Shown piece by piece: positions 16,526-26,621 of a stretch of DNA of 64,000 bases. Origin of the DNA: an uncultured Oscillospiraceae bacterium (GTDB lineage Bacteria > Bacillota > Clostridia > Oscillospirales > Acutalibacteraceae); the NCBI GenBank assembly GCA_905193225.1, contig CAJJNV010000008.1, positions 5,860 through 69,859 of the forward strand, read 5' to 3'. How positions within the stretch are numbered: position 1 is the stretch's first letter; each line of letters opens with the position of its first letter. Under the pieces are notes generated by a model. The model did no database searches, had not been told where the DNA came from, and worked only from the letters and a program-made list of their open reading frames with translations. The translations under genes and the position numbers were made by a program.

Positions 16526-18598
16526 TTAAACACGCTTTGGATTGATACCAAGTGTGGTTTTTCTGATAACCGGGTCGCAAAGCCTGAGCAGCGCCGGCAG
16601 CACAAAGATGACCAGCACCATACTGATGATTGCGCCTCTTGCCATAAGCATACACATCGAGCTTATGATATCGATGTCGGAGTAGATTGCCACGCCGAAG
16701 GTTGCAGCGAAAAGTCCCATACCGCTGACGATGATTGAAGGAATCGAGGTATAAAGGGCGGTGGTAACGGCATCCTTCTTAGAGGCTCCCTGTCGTCTCT
16801 CGCTCTTATAACGGGTGGTCATAAGAATGGCATAGTCGACCGTTGCGCCGAGCTGAATGGTGCTTATGCATATAGGCGCGATAAAGGGCAGCGACTGACC
16901 GAGATAATGAGGAAGTCCGAGGTTTATGAATATTGCAAGCTCGATAACCGCAATGAGTATAAAGGGAAGGGTTATACTCTTTTCAACGACTGCGATTATG
17001 AGGAATATCGCCACAATCGAAACGGCATTGACCACCTGGAAGTCATGATCTGTGGTTTCGATCATATCCTTTGTGCAGGGAGCTTCACCAATGAGCATAC
17101 CGCTCGGATCGTATTTCTTAAGAATGTTGTTAAGCTCGGTGACCTGATTGTTGACCTCGTCGCTTGCCACCTTGTACTGAGAGTTTATAAGCATAAGCTT
17201 CCAGTTATCGCTTTCAAGTACGCTTCTTAGGTCGTCGGGAATTATCTCCTCGGGAACGAGAGATCCTACCACGCTTTCCATTCCCAATACGTATTTAACG
17301 CCGTCCACCTTTTCCATTTCCTTAATCATCGAACGGACATCTTTGTTCGGCGTACTTGCGTCCACAAGCACCATATGGGTGGAGGCCATATCAAATTCCT
17401 CCGAAAGCTTGGTGTTGGCGATTACATAAGCCATATCATCGGGCAGGCACTCGCCGATGTTGTAATAGACCTCGCTGTTGGTCTTGCTGTATCCGTAATA
17501 TGCCGGAACAACAAGGATAGCAAATATAACAAGGAACACCGGGAAGATTTTTACCAGTCCCTTTGCAAATTTCTTTGTATCGGGAATGATCGAGCGGTGC
17601 CTCGTTTTTGTCAGCGGCTTGTCGAAAACAAGTATGAGTGCGGGAAGCACGGTAACGCATCCGATAACGCCCAGCAGCACGCCCTTTGCCATAACAAGAC
17701 CGAGATCAAAGCCAAGTGTAAAGGACATAAAGCACAGGGCGATAAATCCGGCAATGGTGGTTATGGAGCTTCCGAGAACAGAGGTAAAGGTCTCGTGAAT
17801 GGCGACGGCCATTGCCTCCTTGTTGTCCGAGATCTTTTCACGCTGCTCGTTGTAGCTGTGCCAAAGGAATATCGAATAGTCCATTGTAACAGCAAGCTGT
17901 AAAACCGCCGAAAGAGCTTTTGTTATGTAGGATATTTCACCGAAGATGATGTTGGTGCCCATATTGAGCATAATCATCATTCCGATACTAAGAAGGAAGA
18001 CGAAAGGAATGAGCCAGCCGTCTAAGAAAAGCATCATGGCGGCGCAGGCCAGCACAACGGCTATTCCCACATAAATGGGCTCTTCCTTTTCGCAAAGGTC
18101 TTTAAGGTCGGTAACCATTGCCGACATTCCCGAAACAAAGCACTTTTCTCCGGTTATCGAACGAATCTCTTTGATGGCTTTCATAGTAACATCCGAGGAT
18201 GTAGAGCTGTCGAAGAAAACCGCGATGACGGTGGAATTGCCGCTGTTAAAGGCATTGTATATCTCGTCGGGCAAAATCTCCATAGGCACCGATATATCGG
18301 CCAGAGAATCATACCACAGCGCTGTTTCCACGTGGTCGACCTGTTCGATTTTTTCCTTTAAGGCCGCCACATCCTTTTCGGGCATATCTTCAACGATTAT
18401 GAAGGAAAAGGCACCCTTTCCGAAATCGTCAAGCAGGATATCCTGTCCCTTGACGGTATCCATATCGCTCGGCAGATATGTAAGCATATCGTAGTTTATG
18501 CGGGTAGCGGCCATTCCGATAAATGACGGTATCATTAAGGCTATTGCGATAATGAGTATCGGCACGCGGAACTTGACTACCGCTCTTGCTAATTTCAT
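16526..18598 (-). CDS. MMPL-family (RND superfamily) membrane transporter
   Basis: 690 aa with two 6-TM blocks separated by soluble loops, typical of MMPL/YdfJ. Confidence 0.8.
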   Translation of the reverse strand: MKLARAVVKFRVPILIIAIALMIPSFIGMAATRINYDMLTYLPSDMDTVKGQDILLDDFGKGAFSFIIVEDMPEKDVAALKEKIEQVDHVETALWYDSLADISVPMEILPDEIYNAFNSGNSTVIAVFFDSSTSSDVTMKAIKEIRSITGEKCFVSGMSAMVTDLKDLCEKEEPIYVGIAVVLACAAMMLFLDGWLIPFVFLLSIGMMIMLNMGTNIIFGEISYITKALSAVLQLAVTMDYSIFLWHSYNEQREKISDNKEAMAVAIHETFTSVLGSSITTIAGFIALCFMSFTLGFDLGLVMAKGVLLGVIGCVTVLPALILVFDKPLTKTRHRSIIPDTKKFAKGLVKIFPVFLVIFAILVVPAYYGYSKTNSEVYYNIGECLPDDMAYVIANTKLSEEFDMASTHMVLVDASTPNKDVRSMIKEMEKVDGVKYVLGMESVVGSLVPEEIIPDDLRSVLESDNWKLMLINSQYKVASDEVNNQVTELNNILKKYDPSGMLIGEAPCTKDMIETTDHDFQVVNAVSIVAIFLIIAVVEKSITLPFILIAVIELAIFINLGLPHYLGQSLPFIAPICISTIQLGATVDYAILMTTRYKSERRQGASKKDAVTTALYTSIPSIIVSGMGLFAATFGVAIYSDIDIISSMCMLMARGAIISMVLVIFVLPALLRLCDPVIRKTTLGINPKRV

Positions 18599-18789
18599 AA
18601 ACTGACCCCTTTTCTTTATTTTTCGATAATATTATATCCACGCAAAAAGCAAATTTAAACAGGCATTTGACCCCTGCTGTAACATTTTTAGGCATCGGCA
18701 GACATTTGCACAAAAAAAGACCTTTGAGAAAGCTCTCAAAGGTCGGATGCTTTGTTTTGGCGCACACATTTGCACGCCTTCGGTCGGTT

Positions 18790-19398
18790 TTACAGTTCTT
18801 CACCTGCTGCACAGCGGCTGATGGTTTCCTCGATCATACCCTGTCTAAGCTCGCATATGCGCATAAAGTCAGCCTTGATATCGCCTTTCATTCCGTTTAT
18901 CAGCCAGTGATAAACCATTCCGAAGCACTCGGAGGTGTAAAGCTGAATTATAAGCTTTTTATCGGTGTCGCAGATGCTGTTTTGCTCAAAAACATTATCA
19001 AGATATCGGCTGACAACATACCGGCACATCTTCATAATATATCGGTCAAAAAGATCGCGGTTGGGAGAATTGTATATGTGATATGCCGCCTTTTTGTTTT
19101 GGACAGCAAAGTGCATTGCTACGTCAAAGGCCTTTTCCATTGTCTCGATGGTGGGATACTGAGCAATTATTTCCTCGGCCTGCTCGGTGACCATCTGCTC
19201 AAGAAGTGTGGGCAAATCGGCAAAATGATAATAAAATGTATTGCGATTGATACCGCAGTCGTCGGTTATGTCTTTAACGGTTATGCGGTTTACCGGCCGC
19301 TGATTTAACAGCTTTAAATAGGATTTCTTGATTGCGTCGGAAGTAAATTTGCCCATTCTTTTCACCTCGTTAAAAAATGCCGTTATCGCTGAAGCCAA
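18790..19398 (-). CDS. TetR/AcrR-family transcriptional regulator
   Basis: N-terminal HTH ITVKDITDDCGINRNTFYYHF. First gene of the tetR-MMPL-yhgE operon. Confidence 0.8.
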   Translation of the reverse strand: MASAITAFFNEVKRMGKFTSDAIKKSYLKLLNQRPVNRITVKDITDDCGINRNTFYYHFADLPTLLEQMVTEQAEEIIAQYPTIETMEKAFDVAMHFAVQNKKAAYHIYNSPNRDLFDRYIMKMCRYVVSRYLDNVFEQNSICDTDKKLIIQLYTSECFGMVYHWLINGMKGDIKADFMRICELRQGMIEETISRCAAGEEL

Positions 19399-19424
19399 GG
19401 TATTGTTTTTTAAAAAAGCTCCCC

Positions 19425-19465
19425 CGCACAGGGTACGGAGGAGCTGAAATCTTATCGGTCAAATA
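19425..19465 (-). terminator. rho-independent terminator after ftsZ
   Basis: Minus-strand AGCTCCTCCGTACCCTGTGCGGGGGAGCT followed by TTTTTT. Confidence 0.5.
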
Positions 19466-19502
19466 AACTTTATCAATACAATTGACAAAAGCCTTTTACT
19501 GA

Positions 19503-20567
19503 TTATTTATGATCGAAAATTCCCATAATGTCGGAATAATCGTCGTCGTTATCGGTGGAGGAAAAGATATCGTCAAGTGCTCCGCCGGAGGTCTTGCGGC
19601 GATTGTCGTTTTCGCTGGGAGCGCCGGTGGCAATGACGGTTACGCGGATCTCATCCTCAAGGCTGTCGTCGATCTGAGCACCCCAGATGATGTTGGCATT
19701 TTCATCGGCTGCTTCGGCAACAATGGCCGATGCAGCGGTAACCTCCTCAAGACCGATATCCGAAGGACCGGTGATGTTGATGATAACACCCTTGGAGCCG
19801 TTCATAGAGGTCTCGATAAGCTTTGAGGTTATGGCGGCGTTTGCTGCAACCTCAGCCTTGTCCTTGCCGGTGGCAATACCCACGCCCATGTGAGCATAAC
19901 CGGAATTCTTCATAACTGCGGTAACATCAGCAAAGTCGAGGTTAACAAGTGCGGGGATGGAGATAAGCTCAGAAATGCTCTGAACGCCCTGACGAAGAAC
20001 ATCGTCGGCAATGTTGAAGGCATTGGTGAGTGTGATTTTGGTGTCGGAGACATACTGGAGACGCTCGTTGGGGATGACCACAAGGCTGTCGACGTTCTCG
20101 CGGAGAGCGGCAATGCCTATCTCGGCCTGTTCCATACGACGCTTTCCCTCAAAGGAGAAAGGTTTGGTAACAATACCGACGGTGAGTATATCCATTTCTT
20201 TGGCTATCTGAGCAACGATGGGAGCGGCACCTGTACCTGTTCCGCCGCCCATACCGCTGGTGATGAATACCATATCTGCGGTTTTGATGGCGTCAACAAT
20301 AAGGTCTCTCGATTCCTCGGCAGCCTTTGCGCCAACATCGGGATTTGCGCCTGCGCCCTTACCCTGGGTGGCTTTTTCGCCGATCTGAATTTTCTGGTCG
20401 GCCTTGGAATGGTAAAGAGCCATACTATCGGTGTTGATGGCGATAAATTCAACGCCCTTAACGCCTGCGTCGACCATACGGTTGACAGCGTTTCCGCCGC
20501 CTCCGCCGACACCGATAACCTTAATCTGTACTACATTTGAATATTCCTGTGCAAGTTCATAAGCCAT
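19503..20567 (-). CDS. ftsZ: cell division GTPase FtsZ
   Basis: Tubulin signature GGGTGTG ([15 protein letters not shown]...[20 protein letters not shown]) and an acidic C-terminal tail. Confidence 0.95.
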   Translation of the reverse strand: MAYELAQEYSNVVQIKVIGVGGGGGNAVNRMVDAGVKGVEFIAINTDSMALYHSKADQKIQIGEKATQGKGAGANPDVGAKAAEESRDLIVDAIKTADMVFITSGMGGGTGTGAAPIVAQIAKEMDILTVGIVTKPFSFEGKRRMEQAEIGIAALRENVDSLVVIPNERLQYVSDTKITLTNAFNIADDVLRQGVQSISELISIPALVNLDFADVTAVMKNSGYAHMGVGIATGKDKAEVAANAAITSKLIETSMNGSKGVIINITGPSDIGLEEVTAASAIVAEAADENANIIWGAQIDDSLEDEIRVTVIATGAPSENDNRRKTSGGALDDIFSSTDNDDDYSDIMGIFDHK

Positions 20568-20875
20568 TATATTTTTACCTCCAGTTTTTTTACCACTGTT
20601 TTCTGTTTTTTGAAATTCCGGTTTAGTCTTTTACTGCTTTAAATTCCGCACCGTAAAAGGACGGCGCAATTCAATAGCTATAATTCACAATGTATTGTAT
20701 CACAAAAAAAATGGCATTTCAATATCTTTTTTGCGATTTTTCTTTTTTTTTGGATTTTTTCGCGGTATTTCATCAAGCCGTCCCTTTAAAGTGAAAGCAC
20801 ATCTGCAAAGCTCCCCTAACCTTCACTGTTTTTGCGGCGGCGATTTTTCGTTATTCCCGCTTTACATCAATGTTT

Positions 20876-21823
20876 TTACGGAAGCGTTATCTCCCCGTTT
20901 ATGTTTTTAGAACTATAGAATCCCTTTTTGTTGGTATCGGTGACATATCTTACGTCGATCACGCCCTGATTCTGCTCGGTCTCGGCCACCTTTATGCAGA
21001 ATTTAAGCTTATATTCGAGCAAATCGGTGTTTCCTAAATCAAGTACATACCTTGATTTATAAAGCAGCTTAATGTTGTTTTGATCGGTCATATCTATAAC
21101 CGTTACTTCACCTATTCCCACCGCGTCCATAGCCGTTTTAAGGGAAACGAGCGACTGCTTTGCTTCATCGGCAATGCCCAAAGTTTCTCCCGCTTTGACT
21201 TCAGCTGTTTCAAGACCCACCACCGTCTGTTCGGCGGCGCCTTCGGTCATCTCAAGCACCTTGAAATCCTTTGAAACGGCGGCATATTCCTCACCGCATT
21301 TAATGGTATATTCGACCGTCTCGGGAGTTACCGAAATGACAATAGTCGAAGGAAGCACCCGCTTTACCGCTGCGCTGCCTACAAAGGGAAGCTGACTGCA
21401 TATTCTCTTTTTCACGTCCTCGGCCTTTATGGAAAACATATTGACCCCTTCGGATATTCCCGAGGCTTCGATTATCTGCTCGGATGAATAGCGGCTTTCT
21501 CCCTCGGTTCTTATCTGACTTATACGGAAAAGCACCGTCATACTCAGACAAACCCCGACGGTTATAAGAATAAGTATCAGCAGCACGCAGGTCAGAATTT
21601 TTCCGCGTTTTCGCCTTGCAGCATTCTTTTTGGCATTCTGTTCCCTGCCCTGTCTGTTTTTCCGTTCCCGCAAGGTCTCGCCGTCCTGCTGCGGGACATT
21701 TCGATTCACAGTTTGACCGTCGTCCTGTCGACCGCTTTTAAGACTCCTTTGTCGGTATGTGTTACGTCGGCCGACGCTCTGTCCTCTCGGACGGTTTTGC
21801 CCGCCTCTTTTGTCGTTAGTCAT
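20876..21823 (-). CDS. ftsQ: cell division protein FtsQ/DivIB (POTRA domain)
   Basis: Basic N-terminus, single TM (ILTCVLLILILITVGVCL), then POTRA-like FRISQIRTEGESRYSSEQI. Confidence 0.7.
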   Translation of the reverse strand: MTNDKRGGQNRPRGQSVGRRNTYRQRSLKSGRQDDGQTVNRNVPQQDGETLRERKNRQGREQNAKKNAARRKRGKILTCVLLILILITVGVCLSMTVLFRISQIRTEGESRYSSEQIIEASGISEGVNMFSIKAEDVKKRICSQLPFVGSAAVKRVLPSTIVISVTPETVEYTIKCGEEYAAVSKDFKVLEMTEGAAEQTVVGLETAEVKAGETLGIADEAKQSLVSLKTAMDAVGIGEVTVIDMTDQNNIKLLYKSRYVLDLGNTDLLEYKLKFCIKVAETEQNQGVIDVRYVTDTNKKGFYSSKNINGEITLP

Positions 21824-23091
21824 ACTTTTTCCGTTCCTTCAAAAGTTATATCCGCCCCTATGGAGCGAAGGTTTTCAACAAGTTTTTCATATCCCCGTTT
21901 TATAAAATGAACATTGCCCACACGGGTCTTTCCCGCCGCGCAAAGTCCCGCTATAACAAGAGCCGCCCCGCCCCTTAAATCGGCGGCGTCAACGTCCGCT
22001 CCTATAAGCTCGGGCACGCCTCTTACCCTTGCAACTTTTTTATCGACCTCTATGTCAGCTCCCATTTTTTTAAGAGCCTTGCTTTGGGTGAATCGGTTTT
22101 CAAAGATGTTTTCCTCAAAAACCGTCTGCCCGCCGCACACCGTTGCCATTGCCATAAGAGCCGGCTGAGCGTCGGTGGGAAAGGCGGGGTAAACCCCCGT
22201 GCGTATCCTTCCAAAGCCTTGGGGTCTTTCTTTAACCTCGATCTCCACTGTGTTTTTATCGGCGCTTATGTTGCACCCTGCCCTTCTAAAGCAGCAGAGC
22301 ACCGACACAAGATGATCGGGACACACACTGTTTATTTTAACCCTTCCGCCGCAGGCACCCACAGCCGAAAGATATGTAGCGGCGGCAATGCGGTCGGGAA
22401 TTACCGTATGCTCACAGCCGAAAAGCTTTTCGACGCCGTAAACGGTGATTTTGCCCGTTATAGGGTCGATGTGTATATTCGCACCGCAGCCGTTGAGAAA
22501 TCTTGCAAGATCGCTTATTTCAGGCTCTTTTGCGGCATTGTTAATGGTGGTTTTGCCCCTTGCCTTAACCGCCGCCAGCATAATGTTTTCGGTTGCCCCG
22601 ACGCTTGGAAAAGGCAGCAGAATGTCGCATCCTTCAAGGCCCTTTTCACAAAAGCAATCGAGCCTTCCGTTTTTTTGGAAAATGGTCATACCCATTTTTT
22701 CAAGGGCACGGATATGGATGTCGATAGGTCTCGGTCCAAGCTCGCATCCTCCCGGCAGCGACAAAAAAGCCGATCCGCATTTTGCCGCAAGGGCACCTAA
22801 AAAAATAATGGACGAACGCATTTCCCTCATCAGCTTTTCCGGCACTTCTCTGCAATTAAAGCCCGAGGAATCGACGACGAGCGTCCCCTCATGCCGCTTA
22901 ACACTACATCCGAGAAACTCGAGAATGTCCCTTGCCGCCTTAATGTCGGAAATATCGGGACAGTTATGTATCACGCTTTCACCGCCGCACAGAAGCGACG
23001 CCGAGAGTATAGGCAAGGCGCTGTTTTTCGCACCCTGAATATCTATTTCCCCAAACAGAGGATTTTTGCCCTTTATACATATATGCGGCAT
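21820..23091 (-). CDS. murA: UDP-N-acetylglucosamine 1-carboxyvinyltransferase
   Basis: MPHICIKGKNPLFGEIDIQGAKNSALPIL... Overlaps ftsQ by 4 nt (track ORF starts 23112). Confidence 0.9.
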   Translation of the reverse strand: MPHICIKGKNPLFGEIDIQGAKNSALPILSASLLCGGESVIHNCPDISDIKAARDILEFLGCSVKRHEGTLVVDSSGFNCREVPEKLMREMRSSIIFLGALAAKCGSAFLSLPGGCELGPRPIDIHIRALEKMGMTIFQKNGRLDCFCEKGLEGCDILLPFPSVGATENIMLAAVKARGKTTINNAAKEPEISDLARFLNGCGANIHIDPITGKITVYGVEKLFGCEHTVIPDRIAAATYLSAVGACGGRVKINSVCPDHLVSVLCCFRRAGCNISADKNTVEIEVKERPQGFGRIRTGVYPAFPTDAQPALMAMATVCGGQTVFEENIFENRFTQSKALKKMGADIEVDKKVARVRGVPELIGADVDAADLRGGAALVIAGLCAAGKTRVGNVHFIKRGYEKLVENLRSIGADITFEGTEKV

Positions 23092-23240
23092 AGCGGTACA
23101 CCTCTTAAACAAAACTTCAATTACAGTTTATTCAAAGGTGTATCTTCCCGTTACATCTGCATCAAAAGAAAGCAACGTGATACAATTTTTAAATGCCGTT
23201 TAACGAATCGGACGTTTTTTTATGAATCAAATCGCAAAAA

Positions 23241-24353
23241 TTAAATCAGCGCCATAATGGCCTCGTAAATGCGTTTGTTGGCGTCGATATACGCCATAGA
23301 CCTTGCATTGGCGCCCATTTGTTCAAGCTCCGATTTATTATCAAGCAGCTCATAAACCGTGTTGCAAAGCAGCTCACCGGTCAGATCCTTTTCCTCAATA
23401 ACCTCGGCCGCCCCCTTGTTTTTAAGGGTCATTGCGTTGTGATATTGATGGTTTTCGGCAACGTTGGGCGACGGAATAAGCACCGATGCCTTGCCTTTAG
23501 CCTCTATTTCACTTAATGTTATGGCTCCCGCACGGCTGATAACAAGATCGGCCGCCGCCATACAAAGATCCATATCATTTATGTATTCGCTGACCCTTAT
23601 CTGCGGGCAGAGAGACAGGTCAACGCCTCTCGATTCGATGTCTTTTATAAAGCTGTCCAAGGAGCCTCTGCCGGTGCCGTGGAAGTGATAAAACTGCTGA
23701 CTTCCGGCGTGCCTTCCCATAAGCTCGGCCACAGCCCGGTTGACCGCCATTGCTCCGAGGCTTCCTCCAAAGGAAAGTATCATAGGACGGTTATCTATGG
23801 AAAGGGCCTTTCTGGCCTTTGCTCTGTCCACATCGAGCACCGCCGTTCTTACGGGATTGCCCGTGACGATATATTCCCTTTTAGGCAAATACATCTCGGC
23901 CTCGGGCATTGCAAGCATTACCGTATCAACATATTTTGAAAGCAGCTTTGTGGTAAGTCCCGGATAGGCATTTTGCTCGTGGGTGGCGGTTTTGATGCCC
24001 ATTTTATGAGCCTTTCTGAGCACCGGCCCGCAGGCGAATCCGCCCGTTCCCACAACAACGTCGGGATTAAGCTCCCTTATGATACGTCCCGCCTCAACCG
24101 AGGAGGAAAACATTCTGAAAAAGGATTTAAAATTGTTGGCAATGTTGTGCACCGTAAGCTTTCGCTCAAATCCCGAAATATGAATAGGATAGAAGTTATA
24201 TCCCGCCTCGGGCACAAGCCTCGATTCCATTCCCGTTTTGTTGCCGACAAAATTTATGACCGCCCCGGGATTTTTCTCTTTTATGTATCCGGCGATGGCA
24301 AGGGCGGGATTTATGTGACCGCCCGTTCCTCCGCAGGCAAAAAGTATATTCAT
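23241..24353 (-). CDS. murG: UDP-GlcNAc:undecaprenyl-PP-MurNAc-pentapeptide GlcNAc transferase
   Basis: MNILFACGGTGGHINPALAI... Confidence 0.9.
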   Translation of the reverse strand: MNILFACGGTGGHINPALAIAGYIKEKNPGAVINFVGNKTGMESRLVPEAGYNFYPIHISGFERKLTVHNIANNFKSFFRMFSSSVEAGRIIRELNPDVVVGTGGFACGPVLRKAHKMGIKTATHEQNAYPGLTTKLLSKYVDTVMLAMPEAEMYLPKREYIVTGNPVRTAVLDVDRAKARKALSIDNRPMILSFGGSLGAMAVNRAVAELMGRHAGSQQFYHFHGTGRGSLDSFIKDIESRGVDLSLCPQIRVSEYINDMDLCMAAADLVISRAGAITLSEIEAKGKASVLIPSPNVAENHQYHNAMTLKNKGAAEVIEEKDLTGELLCNTVYELLDNKSELEQMGANARSMAYIDANKRIYEAIMALI

Positions 24354-25537
24354 TTTTTGCTCACCCTCTTTTTAACCGAGCTTTGCCTCGATATTGAAAG
24401 CATAATTCCCATTTGCGCCAAAAGCACAAGCAGCGCCGTTCCGCCGTAGCTGAAGAAAGGAAGGCTTATGCCGGTATTGGGAATGGTGTTTGTAACCACA
24501 AGCACGTTAAGCGCCGCCTGGAATCCCACCTGGAAGGTTATTCCGAGGGCCATAAGTCCTCCGAAACGATCGGGAGCACGGCGGGCAATAAGAATACCTC
24601 TCCACACAAGCACGCAGAATGCCGCAAGAATGGCAATCGCGCCGATAAGTCCCAGTTCTTCGCAAATGACCGAAAAGATAAAGTCATTGTGAGGTTCCGG
24701 AACCCACAGATATTTCTGTCTCGATTGGCCGATTCCTCTTCCCCACAGTCCGCCCGATCCAATGGCCAAAATGGACTGAAGGGTCTGAAAGCCGTCGCCC
24801 TGGGGATCGAGACGGGGATTAAGCCATACGTCGATTCTGGTCTGAGCATATGAAATAAGTCCGGTAGCCACAACAGCAATAAAACCTGCCGCAGCAATTC
24901 CGCCGCCCACTCCAAGCCAATAAAGACGTATACCGCCCACGATCATCAGCACGGCGCCGATGGAAAACACCAGTACCGTAGCCGAAAGATGAGGTTCCTT
25001 CAAAAGCAATCCGCAGTATATCGCAAGCAGTATCATAAAGGGAAGTATTCCCGATTTAAAGGTTTTCATCTTTTCCTTTTTGATTGAAATGAGGTAGGAA
25101 AAAAGCAGGATTATCGCAAACTTTGCAACCTCTGACGGCTGAAAGGAAAAGGATCCCACCCCTATCCAGCGGTGAACGTTGTTTCGCTCGGGAAATGCAA
25201 AAACCGCAACAAGCATCAGTCCCGCCACAACATATAATATCCATGGCAGATGAAATTTTTTAAGCCATCGGTAGTCGAAAAATGACAGCACGATCATAAC
25301 CGCCACACCGACCACCGCAAAAAGCGCCTGATTGCCGATAAATTTATAGCTGTTTCCGTCGTAGTTATAGTATGCATAGGCATAGCTCGACGAAAAGAGC
25401 ATAACAAGACCCACCGTAAGCAGTAAAATGACCATACCGAAAAAGGTCATATCCATTTTACCCTTTGAGGCAATGTTATTTTCACTTTTCTTTTCGGCAA
25501 TGACATTATCAATTTGTTGACTTTCCGGTGAAATCAT
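24350..25537 (-). CDS. ftsW: SEDS-family peptidoglycan glycosyltransferase FtsW
   Basis: 10-TM SEDS protein. Sits between mraY and murG, 4-nt overlap with murG. Confidence 0.85.
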   Translation of the reverse strand: MISPESQQIDNVIAEKKSENNIASKGKMDMTFFGMVILLLTVGLVMLFSSSYAYAYYNYDGNSYKFIGNQALFAVVGVAVMIVLSFFDYRWLKKFHLPWILYVVAGLMLVAVFAFPERNNVHRWIGVGSFSFQPSEVAKFAIILLFSYLISIKKEKMKTFKSGILPFMILLAIYCGLLLKEPHLSATVLVFSIGAVLMIVGGIRLYWLGVGGGIAAAGFIAVVATGLISYAQTRIDVWLNPRLDPQGDGFQTLQSILAIGSGGLWGRGIGQSRQKYLWVPEPHNDFIFSVICEELGLIGAIAILAAFCVLVWRGILIARRAPDRFGGLMALGITFQVGFQAALNVLVVTNTIPNTGISLPFFSYGGTALLVLLAQMGIMLSISRQSSVKKRVSKK

Positions 25538-25567
25538 AATTTCCTCCTAAATGTAATATGAACTGGT

Positions 25568-26617
25568 CTACATTCCGAAGTAAACGAGCAAGATCGCCGC
25601 GACACAGCCCAAAAGGGTCACACCCGAGAAAACCGTAACGATCTTGTTTTCGCTCCATCCGCTCATTTCAAAGTGATGATGGATGGGGGTCATTTTGAAA
25701 ATTCTTTTCTTGGTTTTTTTGTAATAGGTAACCTGAATTATGACCGAAAGGGCCTCAAGCAGGTACAAAATCCCTGCAAGCAGCAGAACTATCGGATAGC
25801 CGGTTGAAAAGGCCAGCGCAACCACCGCTCCTCCGAGGAAAAGGGATCCGGTATCGCCCATAAACACCTTGGCAGGCTTTAAATTCCAGCAAAGGAATCC
25901 GCAGCATCCGCCCGCAACCGAGCAGGCAAGCACACTGAGGGCTCTGTTTTGAAGTATTCCCGAAAGAACCATAAAGCATACCGAAATTACCATAGTAACC
26001 GAGCTGCAAAGTCCGTCGATACCGTCGGTAAGGTTAACGGCGTTGACAAATCCGTATATAAACAGCAGCGCAATGGGCCAGTATATAAGGCCTATACCCT
26101 TAGACACGTCCACCGCTCCCACAAAGGGGATCTTGGTAACCGTATCCCCCGAAAGTGCAAGACAGGTGAGGTATGCCGCCGACACAAGAAACTGCAGAAC
26201 GGTTTTTTGCTTTGCGGTAAGGCCGAGATTTCTTTTTTTAACAACCTTGATATAATCGTCAATAAAGCCGATGAGTCCGAAAGACAGCGCCATAACCGCT
26301 CCCGCCCCTGCTCTTATAACAAAGATACGGTGCTGAGGGGTAGTGGATGTCAGCTGTGCGTAAAATCCACTGTCCCCTTTTATTCCGATGGCGAGCAGCG
26401 TGGTCACAATAATGGAAAAAATAATGCCGATTATAAACATTATTCCCCCCATTGTGGGTGTGCCCTGCTTAGACTTGTGCCAGTTGGGACCGATGTCAAG
26501 AATGGTCTGACCAAACTTCAACCTGTGAAGAAAAGGGACGATAATAAGCCCCAAAAGTGCGGTGGTCAGAAAGCCGAGGGCCACGGCCACTATCGAATAA
26601 ACAGTATCCATACTCAT
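25568..26617 (-). CDS. mraY: phospho-N-acetylmuramoyl-pentapeptide transferase
   Basis: 349 aa polytopic membrane protein with MraY motifs DDxxD and HHHFE (PIHHHFEMSGW). Confidence 0.9.
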   Translation of the reverse strand: MSMDTVYSIVAVALGFLTTALLGLIIVPFLHRLKFGQTILDIGPNWHKSKQGTPTMGGIMFIIGIIFSIIVTTLLAIGIKGDSGFYAQLTSTTPQHRIFVIRAGAGAVMALSFGLIGFIDDYIKVVKKRNLGLTAKQKTVLQFLVSAAYLTCLALSGDTVTKIPFVGAVDVSKGIGLIYWPIALLFIYGFVNAVNLTDGIDGLCSSVTMVISVCFMVLSGILQNRALSVLACSVAGGCCGFLCWNLKPAKVFMGDTGSLFLGGAVVALAFSTGYPIVLLLAGILYLLEALSVIIQVTYYKKTKKRIFKMTPIHHHFEMSGWSENKIVTVFSGVTLLGCVAAILLVYFGM

Positions 26618-26621
26618 CTTC

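Noticed and set aside
19890-20540. 216-aa plus-strand ORF
   Set aside because: Antisense to ftsZ
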